Source: Methylibium sp. (GTDB lineage: Bacteria; Pseudomonadota; Gammaproteobacteria; Burkholderiales; Burkholderiaceae_C). Taken from it: a stretch of 59,659 nt of DNA. The stretch is taken from the NCBI RefSeq assembly GCF_031393925.1, contig NZ_JANMWL010000073.1, positions 1 to 59,659 of the forward strand, read 5' to 3'. The position numbers were made by a program, and so were the translations under genes. Below the pieces are notes generated by a model. It was not told the origin of the DNA, did no database searches, and saw only the letters and a list, made by a program, of their open reading frames with translations. Position 1 is the stretch's first letter. Each line of letters starts with the position of its first letter. Positions 31,466 through 41,697 of this stretch are shown here, in pieces.

Positions 31466-32230
31466 TCACATCCGGAAGTGTTCGCCGAGGTAGACCTTGC
31501 GCACGTCGGGGTTCTCGACGATCTGCTGCGGCGTGCCCTCGGCCAGCACGACTCCCTCGCTGATGATGTAGGCGCGGTGGCAGATGCCCAGGGTTTCGCG
31601 CACGTTGTGGTCGGTGATCAGCACGCCGATGCCACGGCTCTTCAGGAATCCGATGATGCGTTGGATCTCGATCACCGCGATGGGATCGACCCCGGCGAAC
31701 GGCTCGTCGAGCAGGATGAAGCGCGGCTGCGTCGCCAGCGCGCGGGCGATCTCCACGCGCCGCCGCTCGCCACCCGAGAGCGCGGGTGCCGGGCTGTCGC
31801 GCAGTTTGTCGATCGACAGGTCATGCAGCAGGCCGTCGAGCAGTTCGTCGATGCGCGCTTTGCCGAAGGGCTTGCCGCGCGCGTCGATCTGCAGCTCCAG
31901 CACGGCGCGGATATTTTCCTCCACCGTAAGCTTGCGAAAGATCGACGCCTCCTGCGGCAGGTAGGACAGACCCAGGCGCGCGCGCTTGTGGATCGGCAGG
32001 CGCTCGATCGCCAGCCCGTCGAGCGTGATTTCGCCGGCATCGGCGCGCACCAGCCCCACGATCATGTAGAAGCTCGTCGTCTTGCCGGCGCCGTTGGGGC
32101 CGAGCAAACCGACCACTTCGCCGGCACTGACGGCCAGGTGAACGTTCCTGACGACCTTGCGCACGCCGTAGGTCTTTTGCAAGCCCCGTGCCTCCAGCCG
32201 GCTTGGCGCCGGCTGCGGCAGGGCACTCAT
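31466..32230 (-). CDS. lptB: LPS export ABC transporter ATPase
   Basis: [44 protein letters not shown]. Confidence 0.97.
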   Translation of the reverse strand: MSALPQPAPSRLEARGLQKTYGVRKVVRNVHLAVSAGEVVGLLGPNGAGKTTSFYMIVGLVRADAGEITLDGLAIERLPIHKRARLGLSYLPQEASIFRKLTVEENIRAVLELQIDARGKPFGKARIDELLDGLLHDLSIDKLRDSPAPALSGGERRRVEIARALATQPRFILLDEPFAGVDPIAVIEIQRIIGFLKSRGIGVLITDHNVRETLGICHRAYIISEGVVLAEGTPQQIVENPDVRKVYLGEHFRM

Positions 32231-32280
32231 CGCGGCCCCTCATGCAACGGGTGCCTGGGCCGATCGACCGGGTGCCTCAT
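32227..32280 (-). other. 17-aa mini-ORF insert coupled by ATGA overlaps to both the lptA stop and the lptB start
   Basis: Minus strand reads [17 protein letters not shown]; its ATG overlaps the lptA TGA and its TGA overlaps the lptB ATG; internal AGGCACCCG duplication. Confidence 0.55.
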
Positions 32281-32861
32281 TGGCCGATGCCTCCACCCGG
32301 CGCGCCCGGCTCCGAGGCCGGCGCATCGCGTGGCGTGAGCACGCCACGCACGCGACCGGCAGGCGCCGCCGACGAGGCACCGCCGAGCACCTGGAAGACT
32401 TCGGTGGTGTTGTCGAAGGTGATGGTGTTGCCGGCCACTTCGTCGGCCAGGGTGCTGCCGCGAAAGCGCCGCATCACCGCCTGGTTGACGAGCCGCACGG
32501 TGTCGCTGCGGCTGTCGTACTCGAGCCGCTCGGCCTCACCCTCGAGGTATTCGTCGCTACCCTGGCGTTTTTGGCGGAAGTAGGCGCGTTTGTTGGGCGC
32601 ACCGGTCGCCACGGCCGACTGGTAGCCCTCGGGGGTCTGCCGGATCTCCACGCGGTCGGCCCGAATCAGAATGCTGCCCTTGGTGATCTCGACGTTGCCC
32701 GACAGCACGTTGAGCTGGCGCACTTCGTCGACGCGGGCGGAATCGGCCGCAAACGCCAGCGGCCGGTTGCGGTCGCCGCGCTCGGCCCAGGCCGGGGCGC
32801 ACAGCAAGGCCACCGCAAGCAGCGAGGGCCGGGCCATCGATTCGAGAGAGAGGAAGCGCAT
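32277..32861 (-). CDS. lptA: LPS transport periplasmic protein LptA
   Basis: Signal peptide, AERGDRNRP, GNVEITKGSILIRAD, FRQKR, GRVRGVLTP; upstream of lptB. Confidence 0.9.
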   Translation of the reverse strand: MRFLSLESMARPSLLAVALLCAPAWAERGDRNRPLAFAADSARVDEVRQLNVLSGNVEITKGSILIRADRVEIRQTPEGYQSAVATGAPNKRAYFRQKRQGSDEYLEGEAERLEYDSRSDTVRLVNQAVMRRFRGSTLADEVAGNTITFDNTTEVFQVLGGASSAAPAGRVRGVLTPRDAPASEPGAPGGGIGQ

Positions 32862-32971
32862 CGCAAATGAATCGGCATGAATCTTGCTGCGGATTCTAGG
32901 GCGTGTTGAACTGCAAGCCGCAGCCCAATGGCGTCCCGGCGCACCCACTGCGCCGCGACGCGGCCCTCGAC

Positions 32972-33631
32972 TCAGACGCCCTTGCGGGCCTGCGCCATCA
33001 GGTATTCGGTGACGGCCAGCGCGCGGTCGTTGCCACCGGCCAGCGAGCCCGACGTGTAGTAGCTGCCGTTGATGCCGATGGCCGGCGTGCCGTCGATCTT
33101 GTAGCCGGCCGACAAGGCTGCCGCCTGGCGTGCCTTGGCTTGCACCGAAAACGAATTCATCGTGTCGAGGAACTTGACGCGATCGACGCCATTCTTGGCG
33201 ACGAAGTCGCCAACCGCCTCGGGCGTGTCGAGCTTCAAGTGCTCGACATGCATGGCGCTGAATACCTTGCGGTGCAGTTGCTCCACGAGGCCCATGGCCT
33301 CCAGTGCGAAATAGAGCTTTTGATGCAGCACGAACGGCACTTCGCGGAAGGCCACCGGCAGGCGCCGGAAAGTGACATCGGCCGGCAGTTTTTTCTGCCA
33401 CGCGTCGAGCACGGGCTCGAAGGTGTAGCAGTGCGGGCAGCCGTACCAGAAGAACTCGACCACCTCGATCTTCTTGGGGTCCTGGGTCGGCTGACGCTGC
33501 GGCAGCTTGACGTAGTCCTTGCCCTCGACCGGGCCACCCTGGGCCCAGGCCGTGCCGGGCAGCCAGAGGCCGCCAATCGTGGCGCCGATGACGGCGCCGG
33601 CAGACAGGGTCGTGAATTCACGACGGTTCAT
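32972..33631 (-). CDS. dsbA: Thiol:disulfide interchange protein DsbA
   Basis: EFFWYGCPHC active site, IDGTP cis-Pro loop; RBS GGGAG upstream. Confidence 0.93.
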   Translation of the reverse strand: MNRREFTTLSAGAVIGATIGGLWLPGTAWAQGGPVEGKDYVKLPQRQPTQDPKKIEVVEFFWYGCPHCYTFEPVLDAWQKKLPADVTFRRLPVAFREVPFVLHQKLYFALEAMGLVEQLHRKVFSAMHVEHLKLDTPEAVGDFVAKNGVDRVKFLDTMNSFSVQAKARQAAALSAGYKIDGTPAIGINGSYYTSGSLAGGNDRALAVTEYLMAQARKGV

Positions 33632-33726
33632 GAGCAACTCCCTTTTCGGCTTTGCAAACACAGGACAGTCAGAGCTGAATCAATCGACGCGCAGTGGAGT
33701 CGGGGTGCCGCCGCAAAGTTCAGCGG

Positions 33727-34341
33727 CTACTGCCTTTGCACCCGCACCAGCGCCGCGGTCATGCCGGCGCCGTCAAGCAAGGTCTTGGCGGCCTCGGCAT
33801 CGGCGCGCTGGTTGAACGGGCCGATGCGCACACGGTACATGACGCGCCCCGCCTGCTCGCGCTCGGTGATCCTTGATTCGAACCCCTGAATCGCCAGCTT
33901 GGCGCGCTGTGCCTCGGCCTCCTCGGTGCGGGCATAAGCGCCGGCCTGCACGAAATAGACAAACGCGTCAGCCGTCCCGGTGGTGGACAGGCTGGACCCC
34001 GGCACGGCCGGGCCGCCCAGCGACGGCGCATCGCGCGCGGTGCGCGGCGCAGACGCGGCCGCCGTCGGCCCCGCGGCCGAAGCGGGCGCGGAGGCCGGGC
34101 GAGCCGGGTTCTTGCCGGCCAGCGGCGCGTTCGGGTCCCAGTTGCGGTTTTTCTCGGCCTCCGCGGCGTCCTGATCGGCGCTGCGCTGCGGCACCTTGTT
34201 GATGAAAGGCACCGGCACTTTGGTGACATAGAGCGCCACGCCGAGCGCGAGCGCCAGGCCGACCAGCAGGCCGACCACCATGCCGATGATGAAACCGCCG
34301 CGTTGAGAGGAAGGAAATGGCATTGAAGCTCCGGTCGTCAC
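33727..34341 (-). CDS. SPOR-domain cell division protein (FtsN-like)
   Basis: N-terminal TM, DPNAPL, C-terminal YFVQAGAY...RVRIGPF; argS-SPOR-dsbA order. Confidence 0.88.
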   Translation of the reverse strand: MTTGASMPFPSSQRGGFIIGMVVGLLVGLALALGVALYVTKVPVPFINKVPQRSADQDAAEAEKNRNWDPNAPLAGKNPARPASAPASAAGPTAAASAPRTARDAPSLGGPAVPGSSLSTTGTADAFVYFVQAGAYARTEEAEAQRAKLAIQGFESRITEREQAGRVMYRVRIGPFNQRADAEAAKTLLDGAGMTAALVRVQRQ

Positions 34342-36014
34342 ATTTTCTCGGGGGCGCCAACGCCGATCAGCGTGAGCCCGTTCTCGAGCACCTGCGCGGT
34401 GGCAGCCAGCAGGGCCAGCCGCGCGCGCGTCAAGTCCGCGTCGTCACCGAGAAACCGCTCGGCGGCGTAATAGGTGTGGAAAGCCGCCGCAAGATCGCGC
34501 AGGTAAAAAGCCACGTCATGCGGCGCCAGATCTTTGGCAGCAGCAGTGAGCATGGCCTCGAAGGCCGCCAGCTTGAGCATCAGCGCGGCCTCGGTCGGTG
34601 CGACGAGTCGCGACAAATCGGCCTTGCCGTCGGCTGCGGCCGCGCCGCCTTGCGCCAGCACCGAGCAGATGCGCGCATGCGCGTACTGCACGTAATAGAC
34701 CGGGTTCTCGTCGTTGCGCTTCAGCGCCAAGTCGACATCGAACACGAACTCGGTGTCGGCCTTGCGGCTGATGAGGAAGAAGCGCACCGCGTCGCGGCTG
34801 GTCCACTCGATCAGGTCACGCAGGGTCACGTAGCTGCCGGCGCGCTTGGAGATCTTGACCTCCTCACCGCCACGCATCACGGTCACCATCTTGTGCAACA
34901 CGTAGTCGGGAAAGCCCGCCGGGATGCCCACGTCGACCGCCTGCAAGCCGGCGCGCACACGCGCGATGGTGCCGTGGTGGTCGCTGCCCTGGATGTTGAT
35001 GACCTTGCGAAAGCCGCGCTCCCACTTGTTGACGTGGTAGGCGACGTCGGGCACGAAGTAGGTGTAGTCGCCGCCCGACTTGCGCATCACGCGGTCCTTG
35101 TCGTCGCCGTAATCCGTGCTGCGCAACCACAGGGCGCCGCCCTCCTCGTAGGTCTTGCCGGCAGCGACCAGCCGCGCGACCGTCGCCTCGACCCGCCCGC
35201 TCGTGTACAGGCTCGACTCGAGGAAGTAGTGGTCGAAGCGCACGCCGAAGGCCTGCAGGTCGAGGTCCTGCTCGTGGCGCAGATAGGCCACGGCGAACTG
35301 GCGGATGCCGTCCATGTCATCGGCGTCGCCCGATGCGGTGAACGCGCGGTCGTCGGCCGCGACGGTCTTCTTGTCCAGGAAATCGCGCGCAATGTCGGCG
35401 ATGTAATCACCGTTGTAGGCCGACTCGGGCCACCGCGCGTCGCCCGGGGCGAGACCCTTGATGCGCGCCTGCGTCGACGCCGCGAGCGTGGCGATCTGCA
35501 CGCCCGCGTCGTTGTAATAGAACTCGCGCGTGACCGCGGCGCCCTGGCTTTCAAACAGCCGGCACACCGCGTCGCCGAGCGCGGCCTGGCGGCCGTGGCC
35601 GACGTGCAGCGGCCCGGTCGGGTTGGCCGACACAAACTCCACCAGCACGCGCTGGTCGTTCGCGGGCTGGTGCCCGAACGCCTCACCGGCTTCGAGCACT
35701 TCGGCGATGACTTGCTGGCGGGTCGCGGCCTTCAGGCGCAGGTTGATGAAGCCCGGGCCGGCGATCTCCAGCGACTCGACCCAGCGCTGCACGGCCCCCT
35801 GACGCTGCAAGGCCGCGATCAACTCGCCCGCCAGCTCGCGCGGATTGCGCTTGAGCGGCTTGGCGAGCTGCATGGCGGCGGTGCAGGCGAGGTCGCCATG
35901 CAAAGCCTGCTTGGGGCTTTCGAAGGTAGCGAGCGCAGCGTGGGTCTGCTCGGGCGCGATGTCGGCGAGCGCATCGCCGAGTGCAGCCCGCAGCTCTTGT
36001 TGGGCACGGATCAT
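34338..36014 (-). CDS. argS: Arginine--tRNA ligase
   Basis: [17 protein letters not shown] (HIGH), [25 protein letters not shown]. Confidence 0.98.
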   Translation of the reverse strand: MIRAQQELRAALGDALADIAPEQTHAALATFESPKQALHGDLACTAAMQLAKPLKRNPRELAGELIAALQRQGAVQRWVESLEIAGPGFINLRLKAATRQQVIAEVLEAGEAFGHQPANDQRVLVEFVSANPTGPLHVGHGRQAALGDAVCRLFESQGAAVTREFYYNDAGVQIATLAASTQARIKGLAPGDARWPESAYNGDYIADIARDFLDKKTVAADDRAFTASGDADDMDGIRQFAVAYLRHEQDLDLQAFGVRFDHYFLESSLYTSGRVEATVARLVAAGKTYEEGGALWLRSTDYGDDKDRVMRKSGGDYTYFVPDVAYHVNKWERGFRKVINIQGSDHHGTIARVRAGLQAVDVGIPAGFPDYVLHKMVTVMRGGEEVKISKRAGSYVTLRDLIEWTSRDAVRFFLISRKADTEFVFDVDLALKRNDENPVYYVQYAHARICSVLAQGGAAAADGKADLSRLVAPTEAALMLKLAAFEAMLTAAAKDLAPHDVAFYLRDLAAAFHTYYAAERFLGDDADLTRARLALLAATAQVLENGLTLIGVGAPEKM

Positions 36015-36048
36015 CGAAAGATTTTACCGAGCGGTTCGCAGCGCCCGC

Positions 36049-36111
36049 ATGAGCACGCACGGCCGCCCGAAGGCGAACATCGGAGTACGCAGTACGAAGC
36101 TTGCCCGATGA
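36049..36111 (+). repeat. ATGA-bounded mini-element, same family as 9988-10097
   Basis: ATGAGCACGCACGGCCGCCCGAAGGCGAACATCGGAGTACGCAGTACGAAGCTTGCCCGATGA aligns with the units at 9988 and 10036 (GEHRSTQYEACPMS vs SEDRSAQDEATLMS). Confidence 0.7.
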
Positions 36112-36193
36112 GCACTGCGTCACGACACGTGCGGCGGCACTGCAGCGCGACTTGCCGCCCGGCGCGCGCGATGGAAAGATGCGCCATTGCACG

Positions 36194-37558
36194 ATGATCG
36201 CCTCGATGCTGCCTGCCCTCTCGACAACCACGACGACCCTCGCGCCGCTGCCCGAATTCATCGGCAAGTACCGCGTGCTGCGCAAGCTCGGCGAAGGCGC
36301 GACCAGCGAGGTATTTCTCTGCCGCGACGACTTCAAGGACCGCGAGGTCGCGGTCAAGCGCGTGCGCGCCATCGCCCTGGCTGACGTGAGCGGCGGCGCC
36401 TTGCAGGCGCGCTTCTTTGCCGCCGAAGCCGCGCTGGTGGGCCGCTTGCAGCACCCGAACGTGGTGCAGATCTTCGACGCCGTGCCCGACCGCCACGAGC
36501 CCTATGTAGTGATGGAGTACGTGCCGGGCACCACCTTGCGGCCGTTTTGCCGCACCGACCAGCTGCTGCCGCTCGACCAGGTGGTGGAAATCGGCTTCAA
36601 GTGCGCGATGGCGCTGGGGTATGTGTCGCGCCAGGGCCTGATCCATCGCGACGTGAAGCCGGCCAACCTGCTGGCCGTGATGGCAGGCGAGGACATCGTC
36701 GACGTGAAGGTGAGCGACTTTGGCAGCGTGCTCAACCTGCAGGCCGACACCACGCAGGTGTTTCGCGTCGGCTCGCTGGCCTACATGTCGCCCGAGCAAC
36801 TCGACGGCGGAGCGCTCGACGCGCGTGCCGACATCTACTCGCTTGGCGCCGTGCTCTACCACCTCATCGCCGGGCGTCCACCGTTCGAGGCGCAGGCGCA
36901 ATCGGCACTGATGGCGCAGATCTACACGGCCGAGCCGACGCCGCTCACGGCGCTGCGCAGCGGCGTCGACCCAGCGCTCGACCGGGCCGTGCAACGCGCG
37001 CTCGAAAAATCTCCCGACGCGCGCTACGCTGGCTGGGACGCCTTTGCGCAGGCACTCTCGGCGCTGGTTGCCAACCACCAAGTGCCGCGCGGCCAGGCCC
37101 AGGGCGTGCTCGACTCCGAGCGCTTCACGCTGTTGCGCGCGCTGGAGTTTTTCAGTCAGTTCGGTGACGTGGAGTTGTGGGAAGTGGTACACCGCGCCGC
37201 CTGGCAACGCCATCCGGTGGGCCACCCGATCTACCGCCGCGGCGAGGACGGCAACACTTTTCACATCATCGCGGCCGGTGCGGTCGACGTACACCGCGAC
37301 GGGCAGCGCGTGGCACACCTGGGCGCCGGCACGTCCGTGGGCGAAATGGCCTACCTCGCGCCCAACCTGGAGCTGCGCCGCCACAGCGCCGACGTGGTGG
37401 TAGTCGAGCCGGCCACCACCGTCTCGTTCACACCCGAGTCGATGGCGCGGCTGAGCCCGGGCTGCCGGCATCTGTTCGACGAGGCCTTCATCCGCGTGCT
37501 GGTGCGCCGGCTTCACGTCGCGCACGAAGCGCTTGCGCATCCGCGGCGCATCCTCTGA
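36194..37558 (+). CDS. Hanks-type Ser/Thr protein kinase with C-terminal cNMP-binding domain
   Basis: LGEGATSEV, VAVK, HRDVKPAN, DFG, YMSPE; C-terminal IYRRGE..GTSVGEMAYL..HSADV; start 36194 or 36206. Confidence 0.9.
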   Translation: MIASMLPALSTTTTTLAPLPEFIGKYRVLRKLGEGATSEVFLCRDDFKDREVAVKRVRAIALADVSGGALQARFFAAEAALVGRLQHPNVVQIFDAVPDRHEPYVVMEYVPGTTLRPFCRTDQLLPLDQVVEIGFKCAMALGYVSRQGLIHRDVKPANLLAVMAGEDIVDVKVSDFGSVLNLQADTTQVFRVGSLAYMSPEQLDGGALDARADIYSLGAVLYHLIAGRPPFEAQAQSALMAQIYTAEPTPLTALRSGVDPALDRAVQRALEKSPDARYAGWDAFAQALSALVANHQVPRGQAQGVLDSERFTLLRALEFFSQFGDVELWEVVHRAAWQRHPVGHPIYRRGEDGNTFHIIAAGAVDVHRDGQRVAHLGAGTSVGEMAYLAPNLELRRHSADVVVVEPATTVSFTPESMARLSPGCRHLFDEAFIRVLVRRLHVAHEALAHPRRIL

Positions 37559-37559
37559 G

Positions 37560-37639
37560 GTGACGACCCCCACGCACCTGCGGTGCTGCCCCCCGAGGGG
37601 GCGCTCAGCCCCCTTGGGGCGGCCCGGCGCGGGCTGAGC
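37560..37639 (+). repeat. Structured interspersed element (family of 1418 and 52586)
   Basis: GTGA..CCCCCA-GCACC/GGTGC-CCCCCCGAGGGGG-GCTCAGCCC/GGGCTGAGC enclosing TTGGGGCGGCCC. Confidence 0.85.
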
Positions 37640-37786
37640 ACGGCCAACGCCGTTGGCTGACAACCACCCTTCAGGCGGTCAACGCCTGCGGCCGCCTCAC
37701 GTTCATCAGCTTGTGGCGCGGCGGGGGCCCGTGCTTCAATAAAAGCGGCAATTTCGCCGAAAGCCCCCGAGAGGCAAGGAGACTTC

Positions 37787-38092
37787 ATGAAGAATTTGTT
37801 GACCGCCGTGGCCCTGTGCGCCGCCGTTCTGAGCGCGCAGGCTGCAGACAAGATGGCGCCAGCCGCCGACAAGGCACCCACCGCACAGCAGGGCAAGATG
37901 GCCACCTGCAACAAGGACGCCACCGGAAAGAAGGGCGACGAGCGCAAGGCCTTCATGAAGGAGTGCCTGTCTTCCAAGCAAGCCACGCAGCAGAACAAGA
38001 TGAAGACCTGCAACGCCGACGCCACCGGCAAGAAGGGCGAAGAGCGCAAGGCCTTCATGAAGACCTGCCTGAGCGGCGGCAAGCCGGCGTGA
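37787..38092 (+). CDS. psiF: PsiF-family secreted protein
   Basis: AAGGAG RBS, signal peptide, two repeats QQxKMxTCNxDATGKKGxERKAFMKxCLS. Confidence 0.92.
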   Translation: MKNLLTAVALCAAVLSAQAADKMAPAADKAPTAQQGKMATCNKDATGKKGDERKAFMKECLSSKQATQQNKMKTCNADATGKKGEERKAFMKTCLSGGKPA

Positions 38093-38143
38093 TCTAGCGC
38101 TTCACGTCACTGCAATTTGGCGCGCTGCGAGCGCGCCGGGCAA

Positions 38144-39076
38144 TCAGTGCGCAGGCACTGATTGCTGATCCGATGCCGACCAATACGCGGTGTCGCCGTA
38201 GGTGTGCTTGAGGAAGTCGATCCACAGCCGCACGCGCAGCGGCAAATGCTTGCGCTGCGGGAACACGGCGTAGATACCGTTGGCCGGCGCCGCAAAATCG
38301 TCGAGCAGCGTGACCAGCGTGCCTGCCGCCACTTCCTGCTCCACCTCCCAGGTACTGCGCCAGGCGATGCCGTGGCCCGCCATGCACCAGTCGTGCAGGA
38401 CCTGTCCGTCCGAGCAGTCATAGCGTCCGCTCGGTCGCAGGTGCGCCATCTCGCCGTCGATCGTGAACGCCCAGCCGTGCGCCTGGCTGGCGTTGGAGCT
38501 GAGCGTGAGGCACTGGTGGCGCGCCAGTTCGCTCGGGTGCCGCGGCGTGCCGGCGTGCTGCAGGTAGCCGGGCGCGGCCACGCACAGGCGTCGGTTGTCG
38601 GCCAGGCGCAGGCTCACCAGACTGGAATCGGGCAGGTCGCCCACGCGCACCGCGCAGTCGAAGCCCTCGTTGACGATGTCGACCACGCGGTCGCTGAGAT
38701 TGAGCGAGACCGACACCTCGCCGTGCTGGAGCGCGAACCGGGGCACGAGCGGTGCGACATGGCGGCGCCCAAAGCCGGCCGGCGCGGCAATGCGCAGGTG
38801 CCCGCTGGCCTTCACCCCGCCGGCGCTGACGCTGGCCTCGGCGTTGGCCAGGTCGGCCAGCACGCGCTGCGCATCTTCCAGAAAGGCGCTGCCTTCGTGT
38901 GTCAGGCTGATGCGCCGCGTGGTGCGCACCAGCAGCTTCACGCCCAACCGCTCCTCGAGCGCGTCGATGCGCCGGCCGATCACCGCGGGCGCCACGCCCT
39001 CGGCGTGGGCAGCGGCGGTGAGGCTGCCCTTGGTGGCGGTCGAGGCAAAGGACTCGATCTGTTTGAGGCGATCCAT
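38144..39076 (-). CDS. LysR-family transcriptional regulator
   Basis: MDRLKQIESF..GSLTAAA..LEERLGVKLLVRTTR HTH; divergent from the HAD-aceB genes. Confidence 0.93.
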   Translation of the reverse strand: MDRLKQIESFASTATKGSLTAAAHAEGVAPAVIGRRIDALEERLGVKLLVRTTRRISLTHEGSAFLEDAQRVLADLANAEASVSAGGVKASGHLRIAAPAGFGRRHVAPLVPRFALQHGEVSVSLNLSDRVVDIVNEGFDCAVRVGDLPDSSLVSLRLADNRRLCVAAPGYLQHAGTPRHPSELARHQCLTLSSNASQAHGWAFTIDGEMAHLRPSGRYDCSDGQVLHDWCMAGHGIAWRSTWEVEQEVAAGTLVTLLDDFAAPANGIYAVFPQRKHLPLRVRLWIDFLKHTYGDTAYWSASDQQSVPAH

Positions 39077-39163
39077 GCCCGCCATTAAATCCCGAAAAGT
39101 AAAAGATAAAGCGCCGATTGGTCTGGGAATCATCGCTCCGGTTCGCAATACAGTGCTGCCATC

Positions 39164-39868
39164 ATGAAGCCGAGCATCTCCTTGCCGCCCGTCCAGGCCG
39201 TCCTGTTCGACGCCTACGGAACGCTGTTCGACGTCTACAGCGTCGGCGCGCTTGCCGAGCAACTGTTCCCCGGCAAGGGCGAGGCGCTGGCCCTGCTGTG
39301 GCGCGACAAGCAGATCGACTACACGCGGCTCACCTCGATGAGCCAGCGCTATCGCCCGTTCTGGGAACTGACGCGCGCCGGCCTGCGCTTCGCCGCGGCA
39401 CGCCTGGGCCTGGCGCTGAGTGCCGAGCACGAGACGCAGCTGCTCAACCAATACCGCCATCTCAGCGCCTTTCCCGAGAACAAGCCGGTGCTGCAGGCCT
39501 TGAAGGCGCGCGGCATCGAAACCGGCATCCTCAGCAACGGCGACCCCGAGATGCTGGGCATCGCGGTGCGAAGCGCCGGCTTCGAGGGCCTCTTCGACCA
39601 CGTGATCAGCGCCGACGCGGTGCAGCGCTACAAGACCGACCCGGCCACCTACGCGCTGGGCACCCAGGCGCTCGGCAAGCCGGCCAGGCAAATCCTGTTC
39701 GTGTCGAGCAACGGCTGGGACGCGATCGGCGCCACTTGGTTCGGCTACACCACGCTGTGGGTCAACCGCGCGAAGCTGCCGCTCGAAGCGCTCGACACCG
39801 AGCCCACGCAAACCGGCAGCAGCCTGCGTGACGTGCTGCGTTTTTTTCCTGAACACCTGACCTGTTGA
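39164..39868 (+). CDS. Haloacid dehalogenase type II (HAD superfamily)
   Basis: FDAYGTLFDV, WRDKQ, ILSNG, YKTDP, FVSSNGWDAIGA. Confidence 0.9.
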   Translation: MKPSISLPPVQAVLFDAYGTLFDVYSVGALAEQLFPGKGEALALLWRDKQIDYTRLTSMSQRYRPFWELTRAGLRFAAARLGLALSAEHETQLLNQYRHLSAFPENKPVLQALKARGIETGILSNGDPEMLGIAVRSAGFEGLFDHVISADAVQRYKTDPATYALGTQALGKPARQILFVSSNGWDAIGATWFGYTTLWVNRAKLPLEALDTEPTQTGSSLRDVLRFFPEHLTC

Positions 39869-39885
39869 TGAGCGAGGAGATTGCC

Positions 39886-41472
39886 ATGACGACCCTGAAC
39901 CTGCCCGCTGGCGTGCAGATCAACGCGCCGCTGCTGCCCGGCTTCGAGACCATCCTCACGCCCGGCGCGCTCGAACTCGTGGCCAAGCTGCACCGCGCCT
40001 TCGAGCCGCGGCGCCAGGCGCTGCTGGCCGCACGTGCGGCGCGCGCGAAGCGGCTCGACGCCGGTGAGCGCCCGGACTTCCTGCCCGAGACGAAAGCCAT
40101 CCGCGAGGGCGACTGGACCATCGCAAAGCTGCCCAAGGCGCTGGAATGCCGCCGCGTGGAGATCACCGGGCCGGTGGAAGCCAAGATGATCATCAACGCC
40201 TACAACTCGGGGGCGGACAGCTACATGACCGACTTCGAGGACAGCAACTCGCCGGTGTGGTCCAACCTGATCCAGGGCCAGATCAACCTCTACAAGGCGA
40301 TTCGGCGCACGCTCACCGTGGGCCAGGCGGGCAAGACCTACAAGCTCAACGACAAGATCGCCACCTTGCAGGTGCGCCCACGCGGCTGGCACCTCGACGA
40401 GAAGCACGTGCTGGTCGACGGCACGCGGGTCCACGGCGGCATCTTCGACTTTGCGCTGTTCATGTTTCACAACGCCAAGGAACAACTTTCGCGCGGCGCC
40501 GGCCCCTACTTCTATTTGCCCAAGCTCGAAAGCCATCTCGAGGCGCGCCTGTGGAACGACGTCTTCGTGATGACGCAAACCGAACTCGGCCTGCCGCAAG
40601 GCACGATCAAGGCGACGGTGCTGATCGAGACCATCCTCGCGGCCTTCGAGATGGACGAAATCCTCTTTGAGCTGCGCGAGCACTCGGCCGGCCTCAATGC
40701 CGGGCGCTGGGACTACATCTTCTCGTGCATCAAGAAGTTCAAGATGGACCGCGACTTCTGCCTGGCTGACCGCGCCAAGGTCACGATGAAAGCGCCGTTC
40801 ATGCGCGCTTACGCGCTCTTGCTGCTCAAGACCTGTCACCACCGCAACGCGCCGGCCATCGGCGGCATGAGCGCGCTGATCCCGATCAAGAACGACCCCG
40901 AGAAAAACGCCGTGGCGATGGAAGGGATCATCAAGGACAAGCGCCGCGACGCGATGGACGGCTATGACGGCGGCTGGGTCGCGCACCCCGGCCTGGTGGA
41001 GTCGGCGATGAAGGAATTCGTCGACGTGCTGGGCGAGCGGCCCAACCAGATCGAGCGCAAGAAGCCCTACGTGTACATCACCGCCGCGCACCTTATTGAC
41101 TTCAAGCCCGAGACGCCGATCACCGAGGCCGGCTTGCGCATGAACATCAACGTGGGCATCTACTACCTCGGCTCCTGGCTGGCCGGCAACGGCTGCGTGC
41201 CGATCTACAACTTGATGGAAGACGCCGCCACCGCCGAGATCTCGCGCTCGCAGGTGTGGCAGTGGATCCGCTCGCACAAGGGCGTGCTCGAGGACGGCCG
41301 CAAGATCACCGCCGAGATGGTGCGCAAGATGGTGGCCGAGGAGCTGGCCGGCATCAAGGAGGCCGGCTATCAGGGCACCACGATCGACCGCGCGGCGCGG
41401 ATCTTCGAGCAGATGAGCACGCAGGACGAGTTTGCGGAGTTTCTGACCTTGCCGCTGTACGAAGAAATCTGA
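39886..41472 (+). CDS. aceB: Malate synthase A
   Basis: RRVEITGP, DFEDS, VRPRGWHL, GLNAGRWDYIFS, WVAHPGL, LMEDAATAEISR. Confidence 0.98.
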   Translation: MTTLNLPAGVQINAPLLPGFETILTPGALELVAKLHRAFEPRRQALLAARAARAKRLDAGERPDFLPETKAIREGDWTIAKLPKALECRRVEITGPVEAKMIINAYNSGADSYMTDFEDSNSPVWSNLIQGQINLYKAIRRTLTVGQAGKTYKLNDKIATLQVRPRGWHLDEKHVLVDGTRVHGGIFDFALFMFHNAKEQLSRGAGPYFYLPKLESHLEARLWNDVFVMTQTELGLPQGTIKATVLIETILAAFEMDEILFELREHSAGLNAGRWDYIFSCIKKFKMDRDFCLADRAKVTMKAPFMRAYALLLLKTCHHRNAPAIGGMSALIPIKNDPEKNAVAMEGIIKDKRRDAMDGYDGGWVAHPGLVESAMKEFVDVLGERPNQIERKKPYVYITAAHLIDFKPETPITEAGLRMNINVGIYYLGSWLAGNGCVPIYNLMEDAATAEISRSQVWQWIRSHKGVLEDGRKITAEMVRKMVAEELAGIKEAGYQGTTIDRAARIFEQMSTQDEFAEFLTLPLYEEI

Positions 41473-41478
41473 GCCCCA

Positions 41479-41697
41479 ATGGAAATCCAGCGGGGAGTGA
41501 AAACTCGAGAGCACGCGCGCGAAGACAGCGATGCCGACTTCTTGGTCGCCTTCGATGGCCCGGCCAACTCGACGCGCTATTTCGGCCTCCAGTTCTATCT
41601 TGAAGACCTGCTGGGTTGCCCGGTCGATCTGGTGGCCGAGAAGGCGCTGCGACCCCAGCTGCGTCCCTCCGTCGAGCGCGACGCGATCCATGTCTGA
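41479..41697 (+). pseudogene. MNT (minimal nucleotidyltransferase) antitoxin, N-terminally truncated
   Basis: AREDSDADFLV..LEDLLGCPVDLV..LRP matches MNT, but the FGS motif and N-terminal helix are missing. Confidence 0.72.

Noticed and set aside
37880-38075. Internal DNA duplication as a mobile element
   Set aside because: Explained by the two PsiF protein repeats
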